Counted from the first letter of the stretch, positions 39,038 through 48,858 are shown. The stretch is DNA of 64,000 bases from an uncultured Chloroflexia bacterium (GCA_963813535.1 CAWEZH010000003.1:64001-128000); one strand, 5' to 3'. A program made the numbers and translations. The notes: a model not told the origin generated them from the sequence alone.

Positions 39038-41140
39038 ATGACCGATGGTCGATCCGCCCCCGAACCCCGCTTCGATGTCCAGGTCGACTGGGATGCCCGG
39101 ATCGTGGTTCGCGACGGGACCGAGCTGTCGGCCAACATCTGGCGTCCTGTCGCGCGCGATCGTGCTCCGGATGGGGGCTCCGGGCGCTTCCCGGCGATCC
39201 TCGAGATGATCCCGTACGGCAAGGACAACTGGCGGCGCGCGGTCGACACGACGCGGGGTGAGTGGTTCGCCGCCCGCGGCTTCGCCCTGTGCCGCCTCGA
39301 CGTCCGTGGCACTGGATCGTCGAGCGGCGTGGCGCTCGATGAGTACACCGCCGACGAGACGCGCGATGGCTACGACGCGGTCGAATGGCTGGCGGCCCAG
39401 CCGTGGTGCGACGGCGGCGTCGGCATGTGGGGGATCTCCTACGGCGGGTTCACCTCGATCCAGGTCGCGGCACTGCGGCCACCCCACCTTCGGGCGATCG
39501 TGCCGGTCATGGCCACGGACGACCGGTATCTCGACGACGTCCACTACCGCGGCGGTTGCGTGACGGTCAGCGAGCTGTCGCAGTACGCCGTCAGTCAGGT
39601 GGCGATGAACGCCATGCCGCCCGACGCCTCGTTCCGTGGAGCCGCGTGGCGGGACGAGTGGCGCGCCCGTCTCGACGCGACGCCGCCGTGGCTGTTCGCG
39701 TGGCTGCGCCACCAGACGGACGGGCCGTACTGGCGACAGGGCTCGCTGGCTCCCGACTACGAGGCTATCGAGGTCCCGATCTTCAACATCGGTGGATGGC
39801 ACGACTCGTATGTCGACCCGGCCTTCCGGATGCAGGCGCGCTGCAGCGCGCCGTCGCACACGCTGGTCGGCAACTGGGTCCATTCGTGGCCACACAGCGC
39901 CTTCCCTGGCCCGAACCTCGATGACCTGTACGAGATCGCCCGCTTCTTCGACCGGCACCTCAACGGAACGCCGAACGGTTGGGAGGACGAGGCCCCGGTC
40001 GTCTGGTATGAGCACGAGTTCACGCCGCCGGTCGCCTTCCCGGCCCAGCTGCCAGGGCGGTGGCGTGCGGCATCGGCGTACCCGCATCCCGCGACGACGA
40101 CCGAGAGCTGGGCATTCGGCGCGGCGTCGCTCGCGGGATCGGGCAACGGCAACGAGGGGGTCGACACCTTCCACCACCGACCCACGACCGGCACCCGGGG
40201 GCCGCTGTCGTGGGGCGCGGGCGACCCTCCGAACGGCCTGGCACGCGACCTGCGGCGAGATGAGGCGGACGGACCGACCTACACGACCGCGCCGCTCACG
40301 GAGGCGGTCGACGTGCTCGGCGTCCCCGAGGTGGTCGTGTTCGTCGAGGTCGATGCGCCGGTCGCCACGCTGTCGGTGCGGCTCTCGGACGTCGCGCCGG
40401 ATGGCACGTCGGCGCTCGTGAGTGCCGGGGTGCTGAACCTCACGCATCGAGGCTCGCATGCCGCACCCGAGCCGCTCCGACCCGGGTCGGTCGAGGAGGT
40501 CCGCGTGCCGTTACGGACGGCTGGCTATCGATGGCTCCCAGGCCACCGACTCCGGGTGGCGATCGCGTCGTCGTTGTGGCCCGTGCTGTGGCCATCGCCC
40601 TATCCGGCGACGTTCCACGTCCATCGCGGACCGGCGACCCCGTCCCGGCTCGAGCTCCCGGTCATCCCGCCGGCCGGCGGTGAGGGCGACCTTCCCGTGC
40701 CGGCATTCCGGACCGACCCGCCTGACCTCCGCTGGCCCGAGCCGGAAGCGACGGACGGTGCTGGCCCAGCCCTGGCCGATACGCCCACCTGGCGGATCGA
40801 GGAAGACGTCCTCGATGGGTCGGTCACCGTCCGGTTCCACGATGGCGGCGAGGACGTCGTCCCGGATGGCCGCCGCCTGTACGCCGCCGAGTCGATCCGG
40901 ATGACCGCCTGGGACGACGACCCGGCACGCGCCGAGCTGGACGCGGACGTCGTCTACCGCTGGCAGGAACGCGACCCGGCACGGAACGGTGAGCTGACGC
41001 GCATCGAGATCCGGGCGACGTCCCGTCAACGCAGCACGGTGTCGGACTTCGATCTCTCCGTGCGGCTGGAGGTCGATGTCGACGGCGAGCGATTCTTCGA
41101 CCGCGACTGGCAGGAGACGATCCCCCGCCAACTCGTCTGA
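39038..41140 (+). CDS. CocE/NonD family hydrolase (peptidase S15-like)
   Basis: VRDGTELSA, DVRGTGSS, WGISYGG, GGWHD, GNWVH; TAGACT before ATG. Confidence 0.92.
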   Translation: MTDGRSAPEPRFDVQVDWDARIVVRDGTELSANIWRPVARDRAPDGGSGRFPAILEMIPYGKDNWRRAVDTTRGEWFAARGFALCRLDVRGTGSSSGVALDEYTADETRDGYDAVEWLAAQPWCDGGVGMWGISYGGFTSIQVAALRPPHLRAIVPVMATDDRYLDDVHYRGGCVTVSELSQYAVSQVAMNAMPPDASFRGAAWRDEWRARLDATPPWLFAWLRHQTDGPYWRQGSLAPDYEAIEVPIFNIGGWHDSYVDPAFRMQARCSAPSHTLVGNWVHSWPHSAFPGPNLDDLYEIARFFDRHLNGTPNGWEDEAPVVWYEHEFTPPVAFPAQLPGRWRAASAYPHPATTTESWAFGAASLAGSGNGNEGVDTFHHRPTTGTRGPLSWGAGDPPNGLARDLRRDEADGPTYTTAPLTEAVDVLGVPEVVVFVEVDAPVATLSVRLSDVAPDGTSALVSAGVLNLTHRGSHAAPEPLRPGSVEEVRVPLRTAGYRWLPGHRLRVAIASSLWPVLWPSPYPATFHVHRGPATPSRLELPVIPPAGGEGDLPVPAFRTDPPDLRWPEPEATDGAGPALADTPTWRIEEDVLDGSVTVRFHDGGEDVVPDGRRLYAAESIRMTAWDDDPARAELDADVVYRWQERDPARNGELTRIEIRATSRQRSTVSDFDLSVRLEVDVDGERFFDRDWQETIPRQLV

Positions 41141-41195
41141 CGAACCGGTTGCCGGGCGGATCGTCCGCGCCGCCGGGCCCCGCTACACTCCGGCG

Positions 41196-42359
41196 GTGCT
41201 GCGCATCAGCCGCAAGGCGGAGTCGTTCACGGAGTCGGTCATCCGCGAGATGAACCGCGTCGCCGTGGCGCACGGAGCCGTCAGCCTCGCCCAAGGGTTC
41301 CCGGATTTCGCGTGCCCGCCCGAGCTGAAGCGGGCCGTCGCCGAGGCCGTTGACGCGGACATCAACCAGTACGCCATCACGTGGGGCTCCAAGCCGTTGC
41401 GCGACGCGATCGCGGAATCGACGCCGCGCCATTTCGCGGGCTTTGGCGAGATCGATCCCGAGACGCAGATCACGGTCACCTGCGGCGCCACCGAGGCCAT
41501 GATCGCGGCGATGCTCGGCCTGCTCGACCCGGGCGACGAGGTGGTGATCTTCGAGCCCTACTACGAGAACTACGGTCCGGACGCGATCCTGTCGGACGCC
41601 GTACCTCGGTACGTCACGCTCCACGAGCCCGATTGGTCGATCGACCCGGACGAGCTGCGTGCGGCATTCGGTCCGCGGACGCGTGGCCTCGTGCTGAACT
41701 CGCCACACAATCCGACCGGCAAGGTCTTCACCCACGATGAGCTCGAGCTCATCGCGTCGTTGTGCATCGAGCACGATGTCATCGCCTTCACGGACGACAT
41801 CTACGAGCATCTCGTCTACGAGGGCGAGCACGTCCCGTTGGCGACCCTCCCGGGGATGGCGGAGCGGACCGTCAGCATCCACTCGATGTCCAAGACCTAC
41901 TCGGTCACCGGTTGGCGGATCGGCTGGACGATCGCCTCGCCAGAGCTGTCGGTCGGTATCCGGCGCGTGCACGATTTCCTGACGGTGGGTGCGGCTGCGC
42001 CACTGCAGGCGGCTGCGGTCACCGCGCTGTGCCTGCCCGATGCCTACTACGCCGACCTCGTCGATGGCTACCGCGAGCGACGCGACGTCCTCGTGCCCGC
42101 GCTCCGGGCGGCGGGCTTCGCCGTCCACGAGCCACGCGGCGCGTACTACGTCATGACCGACATCCGCGACCTCGCAGAGCCGGGCGAGAGCGACGTGACG
42201 TTCGCCCACCGGCTGATCCGCGACCCAGGCGTCGCGGCCGTGCCCGGCTCGTCGTTCTTCTCGCGACCCGAGCTGGGCCGGACGAAGGTGCGGTTCGCGT
42301 TCCCGAAACGCATCGAGACCTTGCGAGCCGCGGCCGAACGGCTGGCGCGCCTGGCCTGA
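41196..42359 (+). CDS. class I/II PLP aminotransferase
   Basis: LAQGFPDF, NSPHNPTGK, DDIY, SMSKTYSVTGWRIG; TACACT 6 nt before GTG. Confidence 0.93.
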   Translation: MLRISRKAESFTESVIREMNRVAVAHGAVSLAQGFPDFACPPELKRAVAEAVDADINQYAITWGSKPLRDAIAESTPRHFAGFGEIDPETQITVTCGATEAMIAAMLGLLDPGDEVVIFEPYYENYGPDAILSDAVPRYVTLHEPDWSIDPDELRAAFGPRTRGLVLNSPHNPTGKVFTHDELELIASLCIEHDVIAFTDDIYEHLVYEGEHVPLATLPGMAERTVSIHSMSKTYSVTGWRIGWTIASPELSVGIRRVHDFLTVGAAAPLQAAAVTALCLPDAYYADLVDGYRERRDVLVPALRAAGFAVHEPRGAYYVMTDIRDLAEPGESDVTFAHRLIRDPGVAAVPGSSFFSRPELGRTKVRFAFPKRIETLRAAAERLARLA

Positions 42360-42389
42360 CGGGTCGGGCAGGACCCGTCGCCCCGCAGA

Positions 42390-43925
42390 TCAGTCGTCCG
42401 GTGGCAGGGCCGGGACCGCCTCGCGGAGGATCGCCCACACCTCCCGGCGAGTGTCATCGCTGTCGTAGCGCAGCAACGGATCGGGCTCGATCCTCCGCTC
42501 GCGGATCTCGCCCGCCAGGCGCGTGTAGAGGACCGGGTAGATCGCGCCGCTCCCGTCGGCCTCGAGGGTGACGGCGATCGCATCTGATCCGCCAGCATCG
42601 AGGAAATGGGTCAGCGGCTGGACACCGTCGTCGAGCGGACCGGCAGCCGGGTCGATCGTGAAGACGCGGCTCAGGTACGCCCGCTGATGCCACAGCTCGG
42701 GTGCCTCGGCGAGCTCGCCCGCGATGGTTGACACGAGGTCACCCAGGGCGACCGGCGGTCGATCCGTGGCGCCGCCGAACCGGGTCTCGGCCATGCGCCG
42801 CGCGAGCACCATCGCGTTGTACCGGGCGCCGTGGACCGCGCCGGAATTGGCCGGGACACCGTGCTTCACGAGGCCCTTCGCGGCCTGCCCGATCGTGCCC
42901 GCGAAGTACACGCCGGGCAGGGTCGAGCTCTCCCACCACGACGACACGAGCGGTAGCCGGCTCCGACCGCTGACCGAGCACCCGATGTCGGGCAGGTCGA
43001 GGATCGGCGTCGTGAACCCGGTCGCAGCGATGACGTCATCGACCTCGATCTCCAGCTCGGCGGCCGTGTCGGTGCGGCGCACGCGCACGGTCAGGCTGCC
43101 GTCGCCGCCGTCGATCCGTTCGATGCGGTCGAGAGCGGCGTTGAGCACGGCCACGCCGCCCCCCAGCACGAAGTCCTCGAAGGGCTGGACGTATCGCGCC
43201 CGGACCCCGGCGAGCGAGTTCGTCTGGATCGAGAACTTGGCTTGTGACGGCGAGACCAGCGCGATGGCCCGCGCCCAGGGCAGCAGCCCGTTGGCCAGCT
43301 CGAACCCCGAATTCTGCTTGCCGAGGATCAGGACCCGGCGGCCGGCGTACGACTCGGCCGGACGGACCTCGGCGTAGTGGTGGCTGAACTCCATCCCGAT
43401 GCCCGGCGGCGAGAACGGCTGGGCGACACCGACCGCGACGACGAGGGCCTGTGCCCGGTACTCGCCGTCGGTCGTCTCGACGGCGAAGCCGCCGCCCCCG
43501 CCGTCGTCGAGCCGTCGCGTCCCGGTCCAGCGGCAGCCGTAACGCACGGCGATGCGCGCTCGTTCCGCGAACCGCGCGAGGTTCTCCTCCATCTCGGGCC
43601 GGGACGGGAAGTACGAGGTGCCATCCATGATCGAGGGCTGCAGGGCGCGTGCCTCGTCCTCGTCGGCCAGGAGGCTGTTCCAGTCGTACCGCTCGTAGGC
43701 GCGCGACCCTCGCGGCGCCGGCGCGTGCGGCTTGGTCCACGACAGCAGCCGCTGGAAGTGCGGCCAGCGCCGGAACATGCCACCCGGGGCGGGGTCATCC
43801 GAGATGACCGCGTGTTCGATCCCGTACCGCCGGAGCGCGTACGAGACCTGGAGTCCACCCGGCCCCGAACCGATCACGACCACCGGGTACGCGCCGGGCG
43901 GGAACGGCCGGGTCGAGCCGGTCAC
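42390..43925 (-). CDS. FAD/NAD(P)-dependent oxidoreductase (FOXRED2-like)
   Basis: VIGSGPGGLQ, RYDWNSLL, VLILGKQNSGFE, IAATGF; GTGA overlap with cNMP gene. Confidence 0.8.
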   Translation of the reverse strand: MTGSTRPFPPGAYPVVVIGSGPGGLQVSYALRRYGIEHAVISDDPAPGGMFRRWPHFQRLLSWTKPHAPAPRGSRAYERYDWNSLLADEDEARALQPSIMDGTSYFPSRPEMEENLARFAERARIAVRYGCRWTGTRRLDDGGGGGFAVETTDGEYRAQALVVAVGVAQPFSPPGIGMEFSHHYAEVRPAESYAGRRVLILGKQNSGFELANGLLPWARAIALVSPSQAKFSIQTNSLAGVRARYVQPFEDFVLGGGVAVLNAALDRIERIDGGDGSLTVRVRRTDTAAELEIEVDDVIAATGFTTPILDLPDIGCSVSGRSRLPLVSSWWESSTLPGVYFAGTIGQAAKGLVKHGVPANSGAVHGARYNAMVLARRMAETRFGGATDRPPVALGDLVSTIAGELAEAPELWHQRAYLSRVFTIDPAAGPLDDGVQPLTHFLDAGGSDAIAVTLEADGSGAIYPVLYTRLAGEIRERRIEPDPLLRYDSDDTRREVWAILREAVPALPPDD

Positions 43926-44344
43926 GTCTCCGAGCGGTTGGCGGCCCGGAGGCGTCGCGCCTGTGCCTGGAGCATGCGGTACATCACCTTCGGATGGCTG
44001 ATGAGGAACGGCTCGACCTGTGGGCCGGGCAGGACCAGGCAGCGCATCTGGCGCGTCGCGACGACATCGGCGATCGCCGGGACGCCCAGCAGGATCGCGA
44101 CCTCACCGAAGAAGTCGCCGCGGCCCAACCGTGCGAGCTCCCGTCCGTCCGCCCGGACGAGCGCCTCTCCGTCGACGATCACGAAGAACCCTGAACCGGA
44201 GAGTCCCTGGTGCACGACCGTCTCACCCTCGGCGAACATCCGCTCGTCGAAGATGTGGATGACCGCCTCGAGCTGCGGGGAGGACAGGTCGGAGAAGAGG
44301 CCGAAGCCCGAGATCGCATCGAGCAGTTCGTCGCGGTCGATCAT
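43922..44344 (-). CDS. stand-alone cyclic nucleotide-binding domain protein (PBC Arg absent)
   Basis: LFSDL, QG..GSGFFVI.DG, GDFFGEVAILLGVPAIADV. Confidence 0.88.
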   Translation of the reverse strand: MIDRDELLDAISGFGLFSDLSSPQLEAVIHIFDERMFAEGETVVHQGLSGSGFFVIVDGEALVRADGRELARLGRGDFFGEVAILLGVPAIADVVATRQMRCLVLPGPQVEPFLISHPKVMYRMLQAQARRLRAANRSET

Positions 44345-44433
44345 CGGCGCATCGTGCCACGCGGACGTCTGCCGCGAAAGGCGGATCGGGCGAACGGCAG
44401 TGCCGGCCTGAACGGCGGTGACGCTCCGCGACC

Positions 44434-44463
44434 TTGACGCTCCGCTGTCGGGCGGCGCAGCAT
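44434..44463 (+). promoter_or_regulatory. sigma70-type promoter TTGACG-N18-CAGCAT
   Basis: 12 nt upstream of ATG 44476; same hexamers and spacing at 61847-61876. Confidence 0.45.
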
Positions 44464-44475
44464 CAGCACTCCAGG

Positions 44476-44916
44476 ATGGAGACCGGCACGACCCTCACCC
44501 ACGATCACCGCGCTGAGTTGCTGGCGGGCGCCCCGCTGCTCGCCGGCGTCGACCCGGACGGTATCGCGATGATCGCGCAACGCGTCGTCGAGGTCGAGTT
44601 CCCCAAGGACCACGTCATCGCCCGGCAGGGCGAGGTCGGGACGGGCTTCTTCCTCGTGGCGAGCGGTCGGGTCCGGGTCGTCCGCGATGGCCGGACGATC
44701 GCGCACATCGGCCCCGGCGACTTCTTCGGGGAGCTGTCCGTCCTCGACGGTCGCCCGCGTGTCGCCCAGGTCATCGCCGACGAGCCGACCGTCTGCCTGG
44801 CACTCGCGAGCTGGGACTTCGAGGCCGTCGTGCGGGAGCAGCCCGCGGTCGCGCTGGCGATCATGCGCGGGCTCGCAGGACGGCTGCGCGACCTGACCGA
44901 AACGCACCGTCACTGA
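44476..44916 (+). CDS. stand-alone cyclic nucleotide-binding domain protein
   Basis: RQGEVGTGFFLV.SG, GDFFGELSVLDGRPRVAQV with PBC Arg intact. Confidence 0.9.
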   Translation: METGTTLTHDHRAELLAGAPLLAGVDPDGIAMIAQRVVEVEFPKDHVIARQGEVGTGFFLVASGRVRVVRDGRTIAHIGPGDFFGELSVLDGRPRVAQVIADEPTVCLALASWDFEAVVREQPAVALAIMRGLAGRLRDLTETHRH

Positions 44917-44936
44917 CGACCCGGCCCACCGCCGCG

Positions 44937-47690
44937 ATGCGTCAGGACCAGGGACCCCCGACCGGCACCGTCACGTGCCTGTTCACCGACATCGAGGGCT
45001 CGACCCGCATCGAGCTCGCGCTCGGGACCGGCCCGTACCGCGACATCCGTGAGCGGCATCGGGAGCTCCTGCGAGCGGCCTTCGGCGCGCACGACGGCTA
45101 CGAACAGTCGACCGAGGGGGATTCGTTCTTCGTGCTCTTCCGCCGCCCGCATGACGCGGTCGGCGCGGCGGTCCTCGGGCAGCGGGCCATGGCGGCCGAG
45201 CCCTGGCCCGACGGCGCGGAGGTCCGCGTCCGGATGGGCATCCACACCGGCGAGATCGAATCGATCGGTGGCGACGTGATCGGGTACGACATCAATCGGA
45301 CCGCGCGGATCGCGGCCCTGGCGCATGGCGGCCAGGTGCTTCTCAGCGGGACGACCCGTGCCCTGGTCGCGGACGCGCTGCCGTCCGACGTCACCCTGCG
45401 CGACCTCGGTGCGCACCGTTTGAAGGACCTCCGTGCACCCGAACACCTCAGTCAGCTGGCGATCGAGGGCCTGCCCGACACCTTCCCGCCCTTGCGATCG
45501 CTAGACGCGCGCCCGAACAACCTGCCGACCCAGCTGACCACGTTCGTGGGCCGCGATCGCGAACTCGCCGAGGCCGGCGACCTGCTCCGGGGCACCCGGC
45601 TGCTGTCGCTGACCGGGCCTGGCGGCACCGGGAAGACGCGCCTCTCCCTCCAGGTCGCCGCGACGGCGGCCGACGACTTCCCGGACGGCGTCTGGTTCGT
45701 GGCCCTCGACGCGGTCCGGGACCCGGCATTGGTGACGCCGACGATCGCCCGGACCGTGGGACTCGCCGAGAACGCCACGAAGCCGTCGATCGAGGTGCTG
45801 GCCGACGAGGTCGCTGCTGGCCGGGTCCTGCTCGTGCTCGACAACTTCGAGCAGGTGACCGAGGCGGGTCCCGACGTGGCGGAGCTGCTGCGGCGTTGCC
45901 CGAACCTGAAGGCGCTGGTCACGACGCGCATCCCGCTGCGCGTCTCCGGCGAGCAGGAGTACCCGGTCCCGGGCCTGCCCGCGCCGCCCGACGTGAGCCG
46001 GCTCTCCGAGATGGAGCGCCTGAACCTGCCGCGCGAGCTGCGCGAACTCGACATCGATGCGCTCACCCAGTTCGAGGCGGTGCGACTGTTCATCGCCCGG
46101 GCGACCGCGATCCGACCGGCGTTCGCCGTCACGAATGCGAATGCGCCCGCGGTCGCCGGCATCGCCGCCCGATTGCACGGCATGCCGCTGGCGATCGAGC
46201 TGGCCGCCGCGCGGATCAAGCTGTTGACTCCGGACCAGATCCTCGCCCGGCTCGAGCATCACCTCGACCTGCTCTCGGCAGGAGCGCGTGACCTGCCCGA
46301 GCGGCAGCAGACGCTCCGGGGCGCGATCGGCTGGAGCTACGACCTGCTCGATGACGGCAGTCGTCGCCTCGTCGACCGGCTCTCCGTGTTCCGCGGCGGC
46401 TTCGACCTCGACGTCGCGGACGTCGTGTGCGGTCCCGCGGCAGAGATCGGCGGGGATGTCGTCGAGCGCATCGGGGAGCTGGTCGACCAGAGCCTGGTCC
46501 GCCTCGACGAGGGATCGGCCGAACCGCGGTTCGCGATGCTCGAGACGATCCGCGAGTACGCCGTCGAGATGCTCGTCGAGCGCGGCGAGAGCGAGGCGAT
46601 CGCGGACCGCCACGCCGCCGCGATGCTGGGACTGGCGCTCACGGCCGCGCCCGAGCTCATGGGTGCGAACCAGCGCGAGTGGCTCGACCGGCTCGAGCGT
46701 GAACACGACAACATGCGGGCCGCCCTCGATCGGGCGGTCGCCAAGCCGGATCCGGCGTTGGGCGCGCAGCTGGCGACCGCGCTCTGGAGGTTCTGGCAGC
46801 AGCGCGGCTACCTCAATGAAGCGCGGGCGAGATTCGGCAGCCTCGAGGCACAGGGCTGGGCGCTCGAGCCCATCGATCGGGCGCGGTTCGACGAGGCATT
46901 CGGCGGCGTCGCGTACTGGCAGTCGGACGCGCCCACCGCGCGGCGTCACTACGACGAGGCGCTGCAGGTCTGGCGCGAGCTCGACGACAAGCGCGAGATC
47001 GCCAACGCGCTGTTCAATCGAGCCTACGCGGACATGATCGACATCATGGAAGGCAAGGTCCCGCCCCCGGGGCCGGGAGCCGAGGTGTCGACGCCGCTCC
47101 TCGACGAAGCCCTGGGGATCTACCGGGAACTCGGCGACGCGGGCGGCGAAGGGAACATCCTGTGGGCCCTCGGGAGCCTGCACTACTTCTCCGCAAGCGC
47201 CGCAGATGCCGAGTCCTGGTACCGGCGGTCGCTCGAGCTGCATCGGGCGGCCGGGAACCGCTCGATGGAGGCGTGGTCGCTCCACATGCTCGGCCTGTCG
47301 GTCGTCGGCCAGCGGCGGTACGAGGATGCGCGCGAGATCATCCGCCATGCGCTGCGCCACTTCTACGAGGCCGGGGACGTTTCGGGCGTCACCCTCGTGC
47401 TGGACGATCTGGCGATCATCGCGGTCGGCCTCGGCGACCTCGACCGTGGCGGCCGCCTGTGGGGCGCCGCTCGGCATCTCCAGCAACGCACGGGTACCGG
47501 ACTCGCCGACTACGTCGACCAGAACAATCGCCTGTTCGGCGTGCCGACCCCGCGTGACAACATCCCGCCCGACGAGCTGCAAGCGCTCGCCGCGCAGGGC
47601 GCCGCCATGTCGCTCGACGAGATCGTCGCCTATGCTCTCGAGGTGCCGTCCAGCGCCCTCGCGCCGTCGCATGTGGAGGTCCCATCGTGA
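44937..47690 (+). CDS. class III nucleotidyl cyclase - NB-ARC/STAND ATPase - TPR protein
   Basis: FTDIEGST, EGDSFF, RMGIHTG, INRTARI; GPGGTGKT, LVLDNFE, GMPLAIELAA, MLETIREY; helical repeats at C-terminus. Confidence 0.92.
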   Translation: MRQDQGPPTGTVTCLFTDIEGSTRIELALGTGPYRDIRERHRELLRAAFGAHDGYEQSTEGDSFFVLFRRPHDAVGAAVLGQRAMAAEPWPDGAEVRVRMGIHTGEIESIGGDVIGYDINRTARIAALAHGGQVLLSGTTRALVADALPSDVTLRDLGAHRLKDLRAPEHLSQLAIEGLPDTFPPLRSLDARPNNLPTQLTTFVGRDRELAEAGDLLRGTRLLSLTGPGGTGKTRLSLQVAATAADDFPDGVWFVALDAVRDPALVTPTIARTVGLAENATKPSIEVLADEVAAGRVLLVLDNFEQVTEAGPDVAELLRRCPNLKALVTTRIPLRVSGEQEYPVPGLPAPPDVSRLSEMERLNLPRELRELDIDALTQFEAVRLFIARATAIRPAFAVTNANAPAVAGIAARLHGMPLAIELAAARIKLLTPDQILARLEHHLDLLSAGARDLPERQQTLRGAIGWSYDLLDDGSRRLVDRLSVFRGGFDLDVADVVCGPAAEIGGDVVERIGELVDQSLVRLDEGSAEPRFAMLETIREYAVEMLVERGESEAIADRHAAAMLGLALTAAPELMGANQREWLDRLEREHDNMRAALDRAVAKPDPALGAQLATALWRFWQQRGYLNEARARFGSLEAQGWALEPIDRARFDEAFGGVAYWQSDAPTARRHYDEALQVWRELDDKREIANALFNRAYADMIDIMEGKVPPPGPGAEVSTPLLDEALGIYRELGDAGGEGNILWALGSLHYFSASAADAESWYRRSLELHRAAGNRSMEAWSLHMLGLSVVGQRRYEDAREIIRHALRHFYEAGDVSGVTLVLDDLAIIAVGLGDLDRGGRLWGAARHLQQRTGTGLADYVDQNNRLFGVPTPRDNIPPDELQALAAQGAAMSLDEIVAYALEVPSSALAPSHVEVPS

Positions 47691-47881
47691 TCGAGCCGCG
47701 CTCGTCCGAGCTCCCGACGATCGCGCTGGTCGATGCGGGCGATGAAGCGGAGCGCGTCGACCCGGTCGATCCCGGGGTCGTGATCCTGACATGTGCCAAC
47801 TGCGGCGCGCCGATGGACGAGCGGAAGTGCAAGCTCATCTGCCGCTGCGGCTACTTCCTGTCCTGCTCCGACTACTACTGA
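47687..47881 (+). CDS. small Cys-rich zinc-finger protein (64 aa)
   Basis: CANCG..CKLICRCGYFLSCSDYY; GTGA overlap with cyclase stop. Confidence 0.8.
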   Translation: MIEPRSSELPTIALVDAGDEAERVDPVDPGVVILTCANCGAPMDERKCKLICRCGYFLSCSDYY

Positions 47882-47948
47882 GCGAGAAGTCCGCGCCCTC
47901 GACGCTGCTCGGCGGGCACTGGCCCCGGTTGGGCTAGACTGGCCCTCG

Positions 47949-48809
47949 ATGTCCGCCGAGCCGATCTCCCAGCCCCGCCCCAAGACGGGCATCCCCAAGA
48001 ACCCCGGGCGTCGCGAGCTCGGCATGACGGCGACGCTGCTGTTCCCGGATCGCGAGATCGTCGAGAAGTTCTACGTCCCGATCATCTACACCGCGTGCCG
48101 GACGTGCTACTCGGAGATGCCGCCCGAGGAGATCTTCCGCAAGTCGGTCGACGGCGAGTTCGACCCAGCCAAGATGCAGAAGCTCATCGCGTCGGTCATC
48201 GAGTCGGGCCACGGATCGACCATCGAACACATCGTGTTCACGTTCGGGATCACCGGCGTCTCGCGGACACTGTCGCATCAGCTCGTCCGGCACCGGGCTG
48301 GCGTGGCGTTCGACCAGCAGAGCCAGCGCTACGTGAAGTTCAAGGGTGCGGCGACCATGCTGCCGCACTCGATCGCCGAGGGCGACTCAGAGCTCCGTGA
48401 ACGGTACGAGTCGCAGGTGTCGGGCGCCCTCGACCTCTACGGCGAGCTGCTCGAGGCCGGACTGCCGGGCGAGGACGCCCGGTTCGTCTTCCCGAACGCC
48501 ACACGGACCAACCTGGTGATGACGGCGAACCTGCGGGCGCTCATCCACATGTCGGGGCTTCGGCTGTGCACGATGGCCCAGTGGGAGATCCGGCGGCTGT
48601 TCCAGCTCATCCGCCAGCAGATCTTCACGGTGTCGCCGTTCCTCGGCTCGTTCCTGGCGCCGAAGTGCGTCCCGCTCGGGTACTGCGACGAGTTCAACAA
48701 CCGCGACGAGCACTGCCCGATCCGGCCGCACAAGGACAACGTCCTGAGCGCGTGGGCCGAGAAGTCGGCGGCTGCGAAGGCCGCCGGTCGGGAGCTCCCG
48801 CAGGTCTAG
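47949..48809 (+). CDS. thyX: FAD-dependent thymidylate synthase
   Basis: GHGSTIEH, SHQLVRHRAGVAFDQQSQRY, EDARFVFP, RLCTMAQWEIR. Confidence 0.95.
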   Translation: MSAEPISQPRPKTGIPKNPGRRELGMTATLLFPDREIVEKFYVPIIYTACRTCYSEMPPEEIFRKSVDGEFDPAKMQKLIASVIESGHGSTIEHIVFTFGITGVSRTLSHQLVRHRAGVAFDQQSQRYVKFKGAATMLPHSIAEGDSELRERYESQVSGALDLYGELLEAGLPGEDARFVFPNATRTNLVMTANLRALIHMSGLRLCTMAQWEIRRLFQLIRQQIFTVSPFLGSFLAPKCVPLGYCDEFNNRDEHCPIRPHKDNVLSAWAEKSAAAKAAGRELPQV

Positions 48810-48858
48810 GCCGGCTCGAGGTCGTCCTGCTGCCGTCCGACGCTCGCACCGCCGACCG

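Noticed and set aside
44476-47690. Calling the cyclase locus Pycsar or Avs
   Set aside because: No TIR, TM or nuclease effector and no defence-island context; cyclase-STAND proteins are common signalling proteins
45501-47792. Long antisense ORFs (also 11573-13612, 15362-17608, 32124-34316, 52489-54609, 56631-58490, 59161-62016)
   Set aside because: Shadow frames opposite well-supported genes, expected in high-GC DNA; no recognisable motifs
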